A DNA stretch of 64,000 bases from Candidatus Cryptoclostridium obscurum (GTDB lineage: Bacteria; Bacillota; Dehalobacteriia; UBA7702): positions 8,539-72,538 of the forward strand of contig CAJFVQ010000038.1 in NCBI GenBank assembly GCA_904420535.1. The letters run 5' to 3'. Positions 44,220 through 53,797 of this stretch are shown one piece after another. The translations under genes and the position numbers were made by a program. Below the pieces are notes generated by a model. The model was not told where the DNA came from and ran no database searches. It saw only the letters and a list, made by a program, of their open reading frames with translations. Position 1 is the first letter of the stretch, and each line of letters starts with the position of its first letter.

Positions 44220-45926
44220 ATGATTTCTTCAAAACGTATTTCATTTGTGATCACAATTTTTTTTATTTGTGCTGCCGCTGTAATACTCCGCCTCGGGTAT
44301 CTCCAACTTTTTCAACATAATGCCATGACAGAGAAGGCCGATAGTCAACAAATAAAAACAATGAATTTAAGCCAGAACTCCCGTGGCCGCATCCTGGATC
44401 GTAATGGGGCAACCATTACCAATCATGAAGAAACACCGTCCTTAATGATCTTTCCATCGTTGGTGGATGATGCTGATTCGACAGCATCTTCATTGGCTGA
44501 TATATTAATAATGGATCAAGATAGTATTTATCGAAAAATTGAGGGATTTGGTGATGAAGAGACAATGATTCGATATTTGCCTTTTGTGGCGAAATCAAAT
44601 CTAACTACCGAAGAGGTATCTGCAATACAATCGTTGAATGAGCCCGGACTCTTTATTGTAGGACAAGTTGGACGTTACCAAAGTGGACTACCTGCAATTC
44701 ATTTATTAGGTGAGCTCGGGACTGTTACAGAAAACGACCTTCTTTCCGGCAAAGCAGAATCCGGGCTTCATGAGGGAGACTTGGTTGGGTTAAGCGGGAT
44801 CGAACGTATTTACGACTCCGTTCTTCGGGGACAGGGAGGTGAAACCTTAGGCGTTGTGGTGGATGACAGAAATCGTCCCGTATACGATGATGAGTATTAT
44901 GTTATCAGTACCGAAGAGGTTTCATCAGGATCTGTTACATTAACTTTGGACCTGGAGATCCAGCAGGCTGTGGAGTCTGCTCTCGATGGAATGAACGGCG
45001 CGGCAGTGATCCTCGACTCTCAAACCGGTGATGTACTGGCAATGGCTTCGTCTCCGAAATATGATCCCAACCATGTGGAACCACTGATTTCTGATGACGC
45101 TTATATTAACAAAGCACTCAGCGCCTATCCTCCGGCATCTCTATTTAAGATCTTTTTATCTGCCATTGCCCTGGAAAACGGAATTATGCAAAGAGAATCC
45201 ATTGGTTACTGTGACGGTGTCTATCATCTGGAAAACGGTCAAGAGGTCCATTGTTGGGAAGAAGACGGTCACGGCTTCATGATCTTTGAAGAAGCGTTAT
45301 CATTGAGTTGTAATCCCGTATTCATCAATGTCGGGAAAAAATTAGGAATTGACCGTATTAAAGACGCTTTTGAGACATGGGGTTTGGATGAGGATACGTT
45401 AATTGGTTACCCTCTGGAGCATCGTTCTGAAATCCAAACAGCAGGAACAACGGAGGGGGATATTGCCAATTTATCTTTGGGAGAAAGCGGCGTAACCATG
45501 ACACCGCTGAATTTGGCCAAAATGATTAATGTCATTGCTTCCGGCGGTTTTTTAATGGAGCCAAGATTAGTGATGGAAGTAGATCCAGGCGACGGTGAGC
45601 CACCGAGATCTTATGCCCAATCATATCCCGTAAGAGTGATTCAAAGCAGCACAGCAGCAGAAGTAAAAGTAATGATGCAAAAGACATTTCAAACGGGGAC
45701 TGGAAAAAGTTTAAACCTCCAAAGTCTAGATCTCGCAGGAAAAACCGGAACATCAGAAACGGGGAATGTTTGGATCGGAGGTTTTTTCCCTTCAGAGGAA
45801 CCACGCTACACTATCGTTATTTTGGTGGAAGACGGATCGTCCGGAGTGGGGGACGGAGGTCCTGTTCTAAAGAAAATATGCGCTTATCTCAATAGCCTTA
45901 TCGTTGAAAGTAACGACTCTTTATGA
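44220..45926 (+). CDS. Class B penicillin-binding protein (FtsI/SpoVD/PBP2 family transpeptidase)
   Basis: N-terminal TM helix, with SxxK (ASLFK), SxN (SCN) and KTG (KTGTS) motifs. Start at ATG 44220, after AAGGAGAA. Confidence 0.92.
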   Translation: MISSKRISFVITIFFICAAAVILRLGYLQLFQHNAMTEKADSQQIKTMNLSQNSRGRILDRNGATITNHEETPSLMIFPSLVDDADSTASSLADILIMDQDSIYRKIEGFGDEETMIRYLPFVAKSNLTTEEVSAIQSLNEPGLFIVGQVGRYQSGLPAIHLLGELGTVTENDLLSGKAESGLHEGDLVGLSGIERIYDSVLRGQGGETLGVVVDDRNRPVYDDEYYVISTEEVSSGSVTLTLDLEIQQAVESALDGMNGAAVILDSQTGDVLAMASSPKYDPNHVEPLISDDAYINKALSAYPPASLFKIFLSAIALENGIMQRESIGYCDGVYHLENGQEVHCWEEDGHGFMIFEEALSLSCNPVFINVGKKLGIDRIKDAFETWGLDEDTLIGYPLEHRSEIQTAGTTEGDIANLSLGESGVTMTPLNLAKMINVIASGGFLMEPRLVMEVDPGDGEPPRSYAQSYPVRVIQSSTAAEVKVMMQKTFQTGTGKSLNLQSLDLAGKTGTSETGNVWIGGFFPSEEPRYTIVILVEDGSSGVGDGGPVLKKICAYLNSLIVESNDSL

Positions 45927-45934
45927 TAAAATAT

Positions 45935-45960
45935 TTACCAAATATTGATTGATTTGGTAA
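45935..45960 (+). promoter_or_regulatory. 9-bp perfect inverted repeat (operator candidate) upstream of the EIIC-like gene
   Basis: TTACCAAAT-N8-ATTTGGTAA, directly followed by TAATAT. There is no T-run, so it is unlikely to be a terminator. Confidence 0.4.
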
Positions 45961-45978
45961 TATCGGGGAGGAGCTTTT

Positions 45979-46998
45979 ATGGCAAAGGGAGTCGTTGGCA
46001 ATGTGTTAAAGCGATATTTTATCGACGCGATGAGCGCAATGGCCATGGGATTATTTGCATCTTTGATTATTGGGCTTATTATCTCTCAACTAAGTCTCAT
46101 TCCCGGACTTGGATTTTTGGGACGATATACTGAAGTGCTTTCCGCTTCTTCGCCGGTGGTAGGCGGTGCCATCGGCGCTGCCATCGCCTGGGGATTAAAG
46201 GCGAAACCTTTGGTAATTTTTTCAGCTGTTGCGGCAGGGGCTTTTGGCTATTCTGTTGGTGGTCCTGTAGGAGCCTATATTGGTGCGGTCGTTGGTTCAG
46301 AAATTGCTTCATTGGTGGCAGGAAAAACCAAAATAGATATTGTGATTGTTCCTTTTCTTACCATTGTAGCTGGAGGGATCGCATCGGGATTAACCGGTCC
46401 CTATATACAAGATTTTATGTTGGCTATCGGGAGCGCCATTAATATCGCTACAGAAATGTCTCCTGTTCCCATGGGAATTATCGTAGCGGTAATTGTAGGA
46501 ATGTGTTTAACAGCACCCATTAGCTCTGCGGCGATTTGTATTATGCTTGATCTCAGCGGGATTGCTGCAGGCGCTGCCGCCGTAGGATGTTCTGCGCAAA
46601 TGGTGGGCTTTGCTGTAATGAGTTTTCGTGAGAATGGATTCGGAGGTTTGATATCTCAAGGTTTGGGAACATCCATGCTGCAATTTGCCAATATTTTGCG
46701 CCGCCCACAAATTTGGATTCCCACCATTCTGGCCTCGGCAATTCTTGGTCCCATTTCCACCGCTGTTCTCCATATGACCAATACGGCGGTGGGAGCAGGA
46801 ATGGGGACTTCTGGCTTAGTGGGACAATTTGGTGCTTTTGCTGCTATGGCACCAACCACAGGCAATCTTCTTGTGCTGGTAGAAATTTTATTGATGCATT
46901 TTATCCTCCCTGCTGTGCTTGTTTTGGCTATTTCGCTTCCCATGCGAAAATTAGGTTGGATCAAGCCCCAAGATGTTACTTTACAAAAAGTAGAATAA
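45979..46998 (+). CDS. PTS EIIC-like membrane protein (PTS_EIIC_2 type), orphan
   Basis: LKRYFIDAMSAMAMGLFASLIIGLII N-terminus and a polytopic Gly/Ala-rich membrane protein of 339 aa. No EIIA/EIIB/HPr gene nearby. Confidence 0.7.
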   Translation: MAKGVVGNVLKRYFIDAMSAMAMGLFASLIIGLIISQLSLIPGLGFLGRYTEVLSASSPVVGGAIGAAIAWGLKAKPLVIFSAVAAGAFGYSVGGPVGAYIGAVVGSEIASLVAGKTKIDIVIVPFLTIVAGGIASGLTGPYIQDFMLAIGSAINIATEMSPVPMGIIVAVIVGMCLTAPISSAAICIMLDLSGIAAGAAAVGCSAQMVGFAVMSFRENGFGGLISQGLGTSMLQFANILRRPQIWIPTILASAILGPISTAVLHMTNTAVGAGMGTSGLVGQFGAFAAMAPTTGNLLVLVEILLMHFILPAVLVLAISLPMRKLGWIKPQDVTLQKVE

Positions 46999-47066
46999 AG
47001 AGTTTTTGAATGATCTTTTTATGCCGGTCGTTTTCAAACATTCATTCATTAAGACACGTGAATCCT

Positions 47067-47094
47067 TTGATTTGGTCATAAAATGTGATATAAT
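47067..47094 (+). promoter_or_regulatory. Promoter candidate
   Basis: TTGATT (47067-47072), 16-nt spacer, TGaTATAAT (TATAAT 47089-47094). Confidence 0.5.
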
Positions 47095-47136
47095 ACTTAT
47101 GAAAAAGTTTTAAATTTGATAGAGAGATGACTACCC

Positions 47137-48069
47137 ATGGCAGATTTTACGACCCATCATATTTTTGGACAACAAGTATTAGCAGCGGCAAAGCCAAATA
47201 TTATAACATGTATTGAAGAAAATTTGGGCGCTTTTTGTTGGGGGCTGCAAGGGCCTGATTTGCTTTATTTCCATCGTGCCGTTGTTGCAGGCAGTCCTTT
47301 GCCTCAATACGGACGTATGATCCATGGAGAAAAAACAGCAGAACTGTTTAAATTTCTAGTGAAGGATATCATCAGCCACCGCAAAATGTTGGACTTTGAC
47401 ATTCTTGCCGCGTATTATTTTGGCTTTTGTTGCCACTACGCACTGGATAGCAAAATTCATCCCTATGTTTTTTCCCGGCAATATCAAATAGAAGACGCTG
47501 CTTCGGAACCTCCGAAAGACAATAGTGCCCATTGGAAAGTGGAGTCGGGGATTGATAACGAACTCTATCCTATGGTTTGCGGAGAATCAATTGGCAACTT
47601 CAATGTGAACGACTATTACAATATTGATAAAGAATCACGCCGCATTATTGCCGGTTTGTTGAGCCGCGTTTTAAAAAGCGTTTATAGTGTTGATGTACGT
47701 CCACAAACCATCCAATCTTGCTTTGTAGATGGAATCTGGATTAACAAGCTTTTATATGATAAAAGCGGTATGATGAAACCTTTTGGCGCGATGGTGCAAT
47801 CTTTATTAAAGAACTATGGCAAGTTTGCGGCTCATTTTAAGACAGCGCCCAGCTCCACTGATGACTTCCTGAATTCTGCAAAGAAAACCTGGTATCATTG
47901 GGGAGAAAAGCGAGATCGTAATGAAAGCGTGATGGAATTAATGGATGAGGCCAAGGATATGGCGCTTCATTTATGGGACATCAGCGACAAGGCTTTTCAC
48001 ACCGGGAACCGTCATGCCGTAACTGATTATTCTTTTGCTCATACCTTTGTTGATGGAAAACGAATCTAA
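47137..48069 (+). CDS. Zinc-dependent phospholipase C-like family protein (function uncertain)
   Basis: MADFTTHHIFG N-terminus, with His/Asp residues distributed (HGEK, CCHYALDSKIHPY) as in the zinc_dep_PLPC-like superfamily. Confidence 0.6.
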   Translation: MADFTTHHIFGQQVLAAAKPNIITCIEENLGAFCWGLQGPDLLYFHRAVVAGSPLPQYGRMIHGEKTAELFKFLVKDIISHRKMLDFDILAAYYFGFCCHYALDSKIHPYVFSRQYQIEDAASEPPKDNSAHWKVESGIDNELYPMVCGESIGNFNVNDYYNIDKESRRIIAGLLSRVLKSVYSVDVRPQTIQSCFVDGIWINKLLYDKSGMMKPFGAMVQSLLKNYGKFAAHFKTAPSSTDDFLNSAKKTWYHWGEKRDRNESVMELMDEAKDMALHLWDISDKAFHTGNRHAVTDYSFAHTFVDGKRI

Positions 48070-48086
48070 AATAAGAGGTGAAACCA

Positions 48087-48467
48087 TTGAAAAGAATCAT
48101 TCAAACCAATGAGGCTCCACAAGCCATCGGACCTTATTCTCAAGGAGTAATTGCCAACGGAATGCTTTATGCTTCGGGACAAATTGCCATTGACCCCAAA
48201 GTAGGCGACATAGTAGCCAAAGATATTAAAGGTCAGGTAAATCAAGTTATGGAGAATATTGGTGCTTTATTGCGCGCCGCAGGTCTTGGCTATGAGGATA
48301 TTGTGAAAACTACAGTGTTTTTACAGGATATCGGCGATTTTACAACGTTTAATGAAATTTATGCTTCTTACCTCTCAGAGCCTTATCCAGCCAGAAGTGC
48401 TGTGCAGGTTGGTGCTTTGCCTAAGGGCGCCTTAATTGAAATTGAAATGATTGCACAAATGAAGTAA
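48087..48467 (+). CDS. ridA: RidA family reactive enamine/imine deaminase
   Basis: MKRIIQTNEAPQAIGPYSQG, with PARSAVQVGALPKGALIEIE at the C-terminus. TTG 48087 sits 8 nt after AGAGGTG; the ORF-track GTG 48078 lies inside the SD. Confidence 0.92.
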   Translation: MKRIIQTNEAPQAIGPYSQGVIANGMLYASGQIAIDPKVGDIVAKDIKGQVNQVMENIGALLRAAGLGYEDIVKTTVFLQDIGDFTTFNEIYASYLSEPYPARSAVQVGALPKGALIEIEMIAQMK

Positions 48468-48498
48468 ATTCTTTATTTGAGAAAACTGTGCGCATTTT

Positions 48499-48539
48499 CC
48501 CCTCCTTCTTCATATATTGAAAGAGAAGGAGGGGTTTTT
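48499..48539 (+). terminator. Terminator hairpin after ridA whose 3' arm is the SD of the next gene
   Basis: CCCCTCCTTCT (48499-48509) pairs with AGAAGGAGGGG (48524-48534), followed by TTTTT. The downstream ATG is at 48542. Confidence 0.7.
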
Positions 48540-48541
48540 CA

Positions 48542-49621
48542 ATGGAGAAAAAGCTCATCTCCCTGATTATGGCGGGGGGAAAGGGGGCACGGTTCTGGCC
48601 GTTAAGCAGGGAGAACTGTCCAAAACAATTTTTAAATATCGGTGGTGGTGACAGTCTTTTGGCGCGTACCTATCGTAGGGCATTGTTGGTTAGCAAAAAT
48701 ATACCGCCTTATATTGCCGCTGCAGATGATCAACTCCCTTTAGTACTATGCCATTGTGGTGCTGAAATTGAGCGCGAACAAGTGATTACTGAACCGTTGC
48801 CTCGAAATACAGCTGCGGCCATTTATTGGTCCTGTCTCAAAATCAGTCAAGATCATGATGATGGAATTGTGGCCGTTTTTCCCGCAGATCATCAAATTGG
48901 TGATGATAATCTTTTTATTGAAACGATTCAGCGTGCTGCTGCAGCGGCGGAACATAGCGGCGGCATCGTCGTAATTGGTATTCGGCCGAAATATATTGCC
49001 ACGGGTTACGGGTATGTGGAGCGAGGGCGAAAAGTAGAGATCGATGGATGCTCCTATTATAAAGTGCGCCGCTTTGTGGAAAAACCCCATCGAGAGAAAG
49101 CGAGGCGTTATTTAAAAAAAGGAACTTACAATTGGAACAGCGGAATTTTTGTGTTTACGCTAAAAAATATATTTCATTTTTATCAAGAACATCTTCCCGA
49201 GATGGTGGCAGCTTTTACTCCAATGAAGGATGCCATAGGAACCGAAAGTGAAAAAGATGTTTTATATCGTATATTTTCCGAACTCCCTTCTGTTTCTTTT
49301 GATGTGGGTATTCTGGAAAAGTCAAAAAATACTGCGATGGTGGAAACTCATTTTCCTTGGGACGATGTGGGAAGCTATAATAGTCTTGGTGCTCTTCTAG
49401 ATGATGATGAAAACGGCAACATTAAAAGCGGTAACATCATTACAAAAGACATGAAGAATTCAGTAATTATTGCAGATAACCGTCTTGTAGCTGTTATGGG
49501 GTTACGGGATGTGGTAATCGTGGAAGACCATGGCGTTTTATTGGTATGTCCTCGAAAACGGGTGGAAGAGATCAAAGAAATTGTTGCTTCTTTGGAAGGC
49601 GATAATCTTAATTATCTGTGA
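48542..49621 (+). CDS. Mannose-1-phosphate guanylyltransferase (nucleotidyltransferase family)
   Basis: MAGGKGARFWPLSR N-terminal signature, plus GYGYVE and WNSGIFVF motifs. Confidence 0.88.
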   Translation: MEKKLISLIMAGGKGARFWPLSRENCPKQFLNIGGGDSLLARTYRRALLVSKNIPPYIAAADDQLPLVLCHCGAEIEREQVITEPLPRNTAAAIYWSCLKISQDHDDGIVAVFPADHQIGDDNLFIETIQRAAAAAEHSGGIVVIGIRPKYIATGYGYVERGRKVEIDGCSYYKVRRFVEKPHREKARRYLKKGTYNWNSGIFVFTLKNIFHFYQEHLPEMVAAFTPMKDAIGTESEKDVLYRIFSELPSVSFDVGILEKSKNTAMVETHFPWDDVGSYNSLGALLDDDENGNIKSGNIITKDMKNSVIIADNRLVAVMGLRDVVIVEDHGVLLVCPRKRVEEIKEIVASLEGDNLNYL

Positions 49622-49632
49622 GGTGAAGCTAT

Positions 49633-51036
49633 TTGGATATCAATGAATCCATGTTTCGGGAATACGATATTCGTGGCAGGGTTTCTTCCGATGAATTAAA
49701 CGAACAGTCCGTTTCTGTCATTGCGACGGCCTACGGAACCTTTCTAAAAAGACGAGATATCGATAAAGTTGTAATAGGACACGACAATCGAGATTCTTCA
49801 CCAAAATTTACGGAAGTCGCTGCGGAAGCTTTTAGACGACAAGGAATCACTGTTTATGATATCGGCCTGTCGGTAACACCTATGGTATACTATGCCCAAT
49901 ATTATTTTCGCTGTCTCGGAGCAATGATGATTACTGCCAGCCACAATCCCAGCCAATGGAACGGCATGAAAATGGCGGTAGGATATTCCCGCACAATGAC
50001 TCCAAAACAGATTCGTGAATTAAAATATCTAATCAACAACCCACAAAAGATTAAAGAGAGAAATGGAAAGATAATCAAAGTAAATTTAAGGGATCAGTAT
50101 CTTAATCAAATTTCGGGCCGTTTTTCCCCGATAGACCAACATAAACTTCGTGTAGTTATTGATTGTGCCAACGGTGCTACAGGAGTTTTCGCATACGAGC
50201 TTTTTCAAATGCTGGGGTGCACTGTGTTTCCCATCCATTGTGACCCCGACCATCGATTCCCTAATTATTTCCCCAATCCTTCGGATTCTCAGGCGCGGAA
50301 ACGCATGAAAGAAATGGTCGTCCACCCCTATATTCGAGGCGATCTGGCCTTAGCATTTGATGGTGATGGTGATCGCTTGGGTGTGGTGGATAACCATGGT
50401 AATGATATTTGGAGTGATCGGTTATTAATTCCTATGGCCGCTTCCGTATTAAAGGAGCACAAAGGAGCTTCCATTGTTTACGATGTGAAGTGCAGCCGTG
50501 CGTTATCGGAATCCGTACAATCCCTTGGTGGGGTGGGAGTTATGGCGCCGACAGGACATTCCCATATTAAAGAAGCAGTGAGGCGCTATCAATCACCCTT
50601 GGGAGGGGAGAGAAGCGGACATATTTTTTGGAGTGGGAGCTACTATTGGGGATTTGATGACGCCTTGTTTGCAGGCGCTTCTCTGATTGCCCTAATGGCC
50701 AAAGGCGGCAATACCCTAGATGAACTTTTGCTGCCATATCCAAAATATGAAAGCTCACCAGAATATCATATTCCCTGTCCGGATGAAAGGAAATATCAAA
50801 TTGTCGATAAAATTAAAGCTAATATCCAAAAAGAGTACAGCGCAGAAAAGATCATCACCATCAACGGAGTTCGGTTGGAACTCGATGATGGGTGGGGGCT
50901 GATTCGCGCGTCATCAAATTTGCCAGAGCTGGTAGTGGTTTTGGAAGGAAAGACGAAACAAGATTTAATAGCGTTAGAAAAACAGTTTCATAAAATTTTG
51001 GAAGAATTTCCAGAATTGGGAACGTGGCAATATTAA
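49633..51036 (+). CDS. Phosphomannomutase/phosphoglucomutase
   Basis: YDIRG, the active-site loop ITASHNPSQWNGMK, the Mg site FDGDGDR and GGERSGH. TTG start after GAGGTGA. Confidence 0.93.
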   Translation: MDINESMFREYDIRGRVSSDELNEQSVSVIATAYGTFLKRRDIDKVVIGHDNRDSSPKFTEVAAEAFRRQGITVYDIGLSVTPMVYYAQYYFRCLGAMMITASHNPSQWNGMKMAVGYSRTMTPKQIRELKYLINNPQKIKERNGKIIKVNLRDQYLNQISGRFSPIDQHKLRVVIDCANGATGVFAYELFQMLGCTVFPIHCDPDHRFPNYFPNPSDSQARKRMKEMVVHPYIRGDLALAFDGDGDRLGVVDNHGNDIWSDRLLIPMAASVLKEHKGASIVYDVKCSRALSESVQSLGGVGVMAPTGHSHIKEAVRRYQSPLGGERSGHIFWSGSYYWGFDDALFAGASLIALMAKGGNTLDELLLPYPKYESSPEYHIPCPDERKYQIVDKIKANIQKEYSAEKIITINGVRLELDDGWGLIRASSNLPELVVVLEGKTKQDLIALEKQFHKILEEFPELGTWQY

Positions 51037-51038
51037 AT

Positions 51039-51076
51039 AAGAGGACATATCCTGAAATAGATATGTCCTCTTTTCT
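51039..51076. terminator. Bidirectional terminator between convergent genes
   Basis: AAGAGGACATAT-CCTGAAATAG-ATATGTCCTCTT followed by TT. Confidence 0.8.
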
Positions 51077-51088
51077 TACTGGTATACT

Positions 51089-51364
51089 TTAATCTAAAAA
51101 CTTTGTATATCCTCCGCCATATTGTACGCAGCGGGAGACACGACTTAAAGTAGCGGAGGATATTTCGGTTTCCTCTATCACCTGTTGATACGTTTTACCT
51201 TCTAGAAGCAGTTTTGCAGCACGAACTCTCTGAGCCATCTGCTCGATCTCTTTATAAGTGCAAAGATCGTCAAAAAGCAGTCTGCAATCTTCAACGGTTT
51301 TCATCGATACGATCAGTGCATAAAGATCATCTATCATTTCAGCAGTAACCTTTTTTGTCGTCAT
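51089..51364 (-). CDS. YerC/YecD family TrpR-related protein
   Basis: 91 aa. LCTYKEIEQMAQRVRAAKLLLEGKTYQQVIEETEISSATLSRVSRCVQYG is typical of this family. Confidence 0.88.
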   Translation of the reverse strand: MTTKKVTAEMIDDLYALIVSMKTVEDCRLLFDDLCTYKEIEQMAQRVRAAKLLLEGKTYQQVIEETEISSATLSRVSRCVQYGGGYTKFLD

Positions 51365-51379
51365 GGTGCTCAGAACCTT

Positions 51380-52135
51380 TCAAAAACTTTCGAGGGATTT
51401 ACATAAAAACGCTTTAGTTTTTTCGGATTTGGGGTGATTGAATACTTCATCGGGAGTTCCCATTTCCTCAATCAAACCATCTGCCATAAATATAATTTTA
51501 TCCGCTACATTTTTGGCAAATTCCATTTCGTGTGTTACTACAATCATGGTGCTATCATTGCTTTTTAAATTTTTTATGACCTTCAGAACTTCACCTGTTA
51601 GTTCAGGGTCCAAGGCAGATGTTGGCTCATCAAAACAGAGGATATCGGGTTTTAGCGCCAATGCACGGGCAATCGCCACCCGCTGCTGTTGCCCACCCGA
51701 AAGTTCACAGGGATAATTGTCAATTTTATCGGAAAGTCCCACCCGATCAATGAGACTGCGCGCGAGTTCCTCAATGGCTTCCGGCGAATCAATCTTTAAA
51801 AGAGTTGGCGCAAGGCTTACATTTTTCAAGACATTATATTGGGGAAATAAATTGAACGATTGAAACACGAGACCAAAATGAAGACGTTTCTTTCTGATTT
51901 CCGCATCGTTTTGCGTTTTTGCCGCTCCATCATAAATCACTTCAGAGTTTACCGAGATAGTACCACTGTCAGCAAATTCAAGAAAATTAAGGCAGCGCAG
52001 AAGCGTTGTTTTACCGCCGCCGGATGAGCCGAGAACAGCCAAAACTTCACCTTTTTCCAGAGAGAAACTGATGCCCTTCAAAACTTCGGTTTTGCCGAAA
52101 CTTTTTTTAATATTTTTTACTTCCAATACCGACAT
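51380..52135 (-). CDS. Amino acid ABC transporter ATP-binding protein
   Basis: Walker A GSSGGGKTT, signature LSGGQQQRVAIARAL and Walker B ILCFDEPTSALD. Start at ATG 52135, after GGGAGGG. Confidence 0.94.
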   Translation of the reverse strand: MSVLEVKNIKKSFGKTEVLKGISFSLEKGEVLAVLGSSGGGKTTLLRCLNFLEFADSGTISVNSEVIYDGAAKTQNDAEIRKKRLHFGLVFQSFNLFPQYNVLKNVSLAPTLLKIDSPEAIEELARSLIDRVGLSDKIDNYPCELSGGQQQRVAIARALALKPDILCFDEPTSALDPELTGEVLKVIKNLKSNDSTMIVVTHEMEFAKNVADKIIFMADGLIEEMGTPDEVFNHPKSEKTKAFLCKSLESF

Positions 52136-52149
52136 ACTCGTCCCTCCCA

Positions 52150-52806
52150 TCATTGGAAATAGCTCAATTTCTTTTCAATAAAACCAAAAAGTAATGTTAA
52201 AATACCACTAAACGCAAGATAAAATACACCTGTAAAAAATAGGGGCCAAATAATGCCGGCACTTTTGATAAACACTTGACCTGCCCAAATCAGTTCATAA
52301 ACAGCAATGATTCTGGCTAAAGAGGTATCTTTCACCAATGTGATAATTTCGTTACTCATTGGCGGAACAATTCGCTTTACTACTTGAAGCAAAACAATTT
52401 TAAAGAAGATTTGGGATTTTGTCATGCCAAGTACTTGGCCAGCTTCATACTGACCGCGGGAAATACTCTCGATTCCACCGCGATAAATTTCAGAAAAGTA
52501 ACAGGAATAATTAATGATAAATGCTACCAAAACGGCAATCAGCCGCCCGTCACTTCCACCGCCCCACACATTGTTGTTCAAAATCAAGCCGGGTCCGTAA
52601 TAAATAATGAGAAGCTGGAGCATCAAAGGAGTCCCTCTGACAACCCAGACAATGGTTTTTACCACTGCTTTCAGTGGTTTGAATCGGCTCATGGAACCGA
52701 ATGAGATAATTAAACCAATGGGCAGCGCACCTAACAAAGTGAAGAAAAATATCTTGATTGTCTGCAAAAAACCGCCGCTCAGTTCGATCATTACACTTTC
52801 TAACAT
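52150..52806 (-). CDS. Amino acid ABC transporter permease (His/Glu/Gln/Arg/opine family)
   Basis: 218 aa, about 5 TM helices and an EAGQVLGMTKSQIFFKIVLLQ EAA-loop. Confidence 0.92.
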   Translation of the reverse strand: MLESVMIELSGGFLQTIKIFFFTLLGALPIGLIISFGSMSRFKPLKAVVKTIVWVVRGTPLMLQLLIIYYGPGLILNNNVWGGGSDGRLIAVLVAFIINYSCYFSEIYRGGIESISRGQYEAGQVLGMTKSQIFFKIVLLQVVKRIVPPMSNEIITLVKDTSLARIIAVYELIWAGQVFIKSAGIIWPLFFTGVFYLAFSGILTLLFGFIEKKLSYFQ

Positions 52807-52839
52807 GATACCATTTCAATCCTTTTTCCGTACACAAGG

Positions 52840-52927
52840 AAAGGGCTGTCCTCAAAAGCTACGGCCAAGACCGCATGCAATCTTCATACAGCGCTGATCC
52901 TGACCGTTTGCTTTAGGACATCCCTTT
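52840..52927 (-). other. Long imperfect intercistronic hairpin between the binding-protein and permease genes
   Basis: AAAGGGCTGTCCT (52840-52852) pairs with AGGACATCCCTTT (52915-52927), with one mismatch. The stem is extended inward by AAAGC/GCTTT and ACGG/CCGT. Confidence 0.55.
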
Positions 52928-52952
52928 CATACAATTTTACGGTGAAATTGTT

Positions 52953-53756
52953 TTATTGTTGTTCAATTAAAGATTCTTGCACGCCATAAGTTTCTGCAAT
53001 TTCTTGCATACTACCGTCTGCATAGGAATCTACAAAGAACTGATTTAATAATTCTGCAAGATCGGAACCTTTTCTGAAGCCTACCCCGTATTCTTCAGAA
53101 TTTAAGGAAATTGTATAAGTTAAGTTTTCGTAGCTAGTTCCTTCGCCAATCATCGCACCAGCCATGAGGAGGTCGATCACGCAGGCATCAGAGGTACCTG
53201 CGGAGACTTCCATCAAAGCATCAGCTTGGCTTTGCAACGAAGTAACATTGCATCCTAAATCCTGCAAAGCAGCTTCCCCTGCGGAACCAGCTTCGGCGGA
53301 GAAGTTGAGATCCATAATGGACTCTTCGGTGGTGTAGTTTTCAGCCACTTCCGAGGGAACCACAACGACTTGCGCGTTATTGCAGTACGCGTTGGAAGTT
53401 TCCATAGATTCTTTGACCTCATCAGTCAGGGTCATACCGTTCCATACGCAGTCAATGCTTTCGGAATCCAGTTCCATAATTTTGTTATCCCAGTCGATGA
53501 CTACAAATTCGACTTCAACACCAAGGCTTTCGGCAAAAGCCGTTGCCATATCCGCGTCAAAGCCAACCCAATTGCCATTGTCATCTTTGTAATCCATAGG
53601 TTCAAACTCAGTAATACCGACAACAAGTGTGCCTTTTTCCTTTACGTATTCGGAATCCGTCTGTTCGCTGGTGGTATCGGCTGCTTCGTCGTTACTGCAG
53701 GCAGCGAAGCATAAAACCATGACCAATGCCATCATAATTGCTACAACTTTTTTCAT
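52953..53756 (-). CDS. Amino acid ABC transporter substrate-binding lipoprotein
   Basis: Signal plus lipobox CFAACS. LVVGITEFEPMDYKDDNGNWVGFDADMA is typical of the SBP family 3 fold. Confidence 0.9.
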   Translation of the reverse strand: MKKVVAIMMALVMVLCFAACSNDEAADTTSEQTDSEYVKEKGTLVVGITEFEPMDYKDDNGNWVGFDADMATAFAESLGVEVEFVVIDWDNKIMELDSESIDCVWNGMTLTDEVKESMETSNAYCNNAQVVVVPSEVAENYTTEESIMDLNFSAEAGSAGEAALQDLGCNVTSLQSQADALMEVSAGTSDACVIDLLMAGAMIGEGTSYENLTYTISLNSEEYGVGFRKGSDLAELLNQFFVDSYADGSMQEIAETYGVQESLIEQQ

Positions 53757-53797
53757 GCTTGATTCTCCTTTTCTTGTTCAAACTGTTGTGTGGAATT

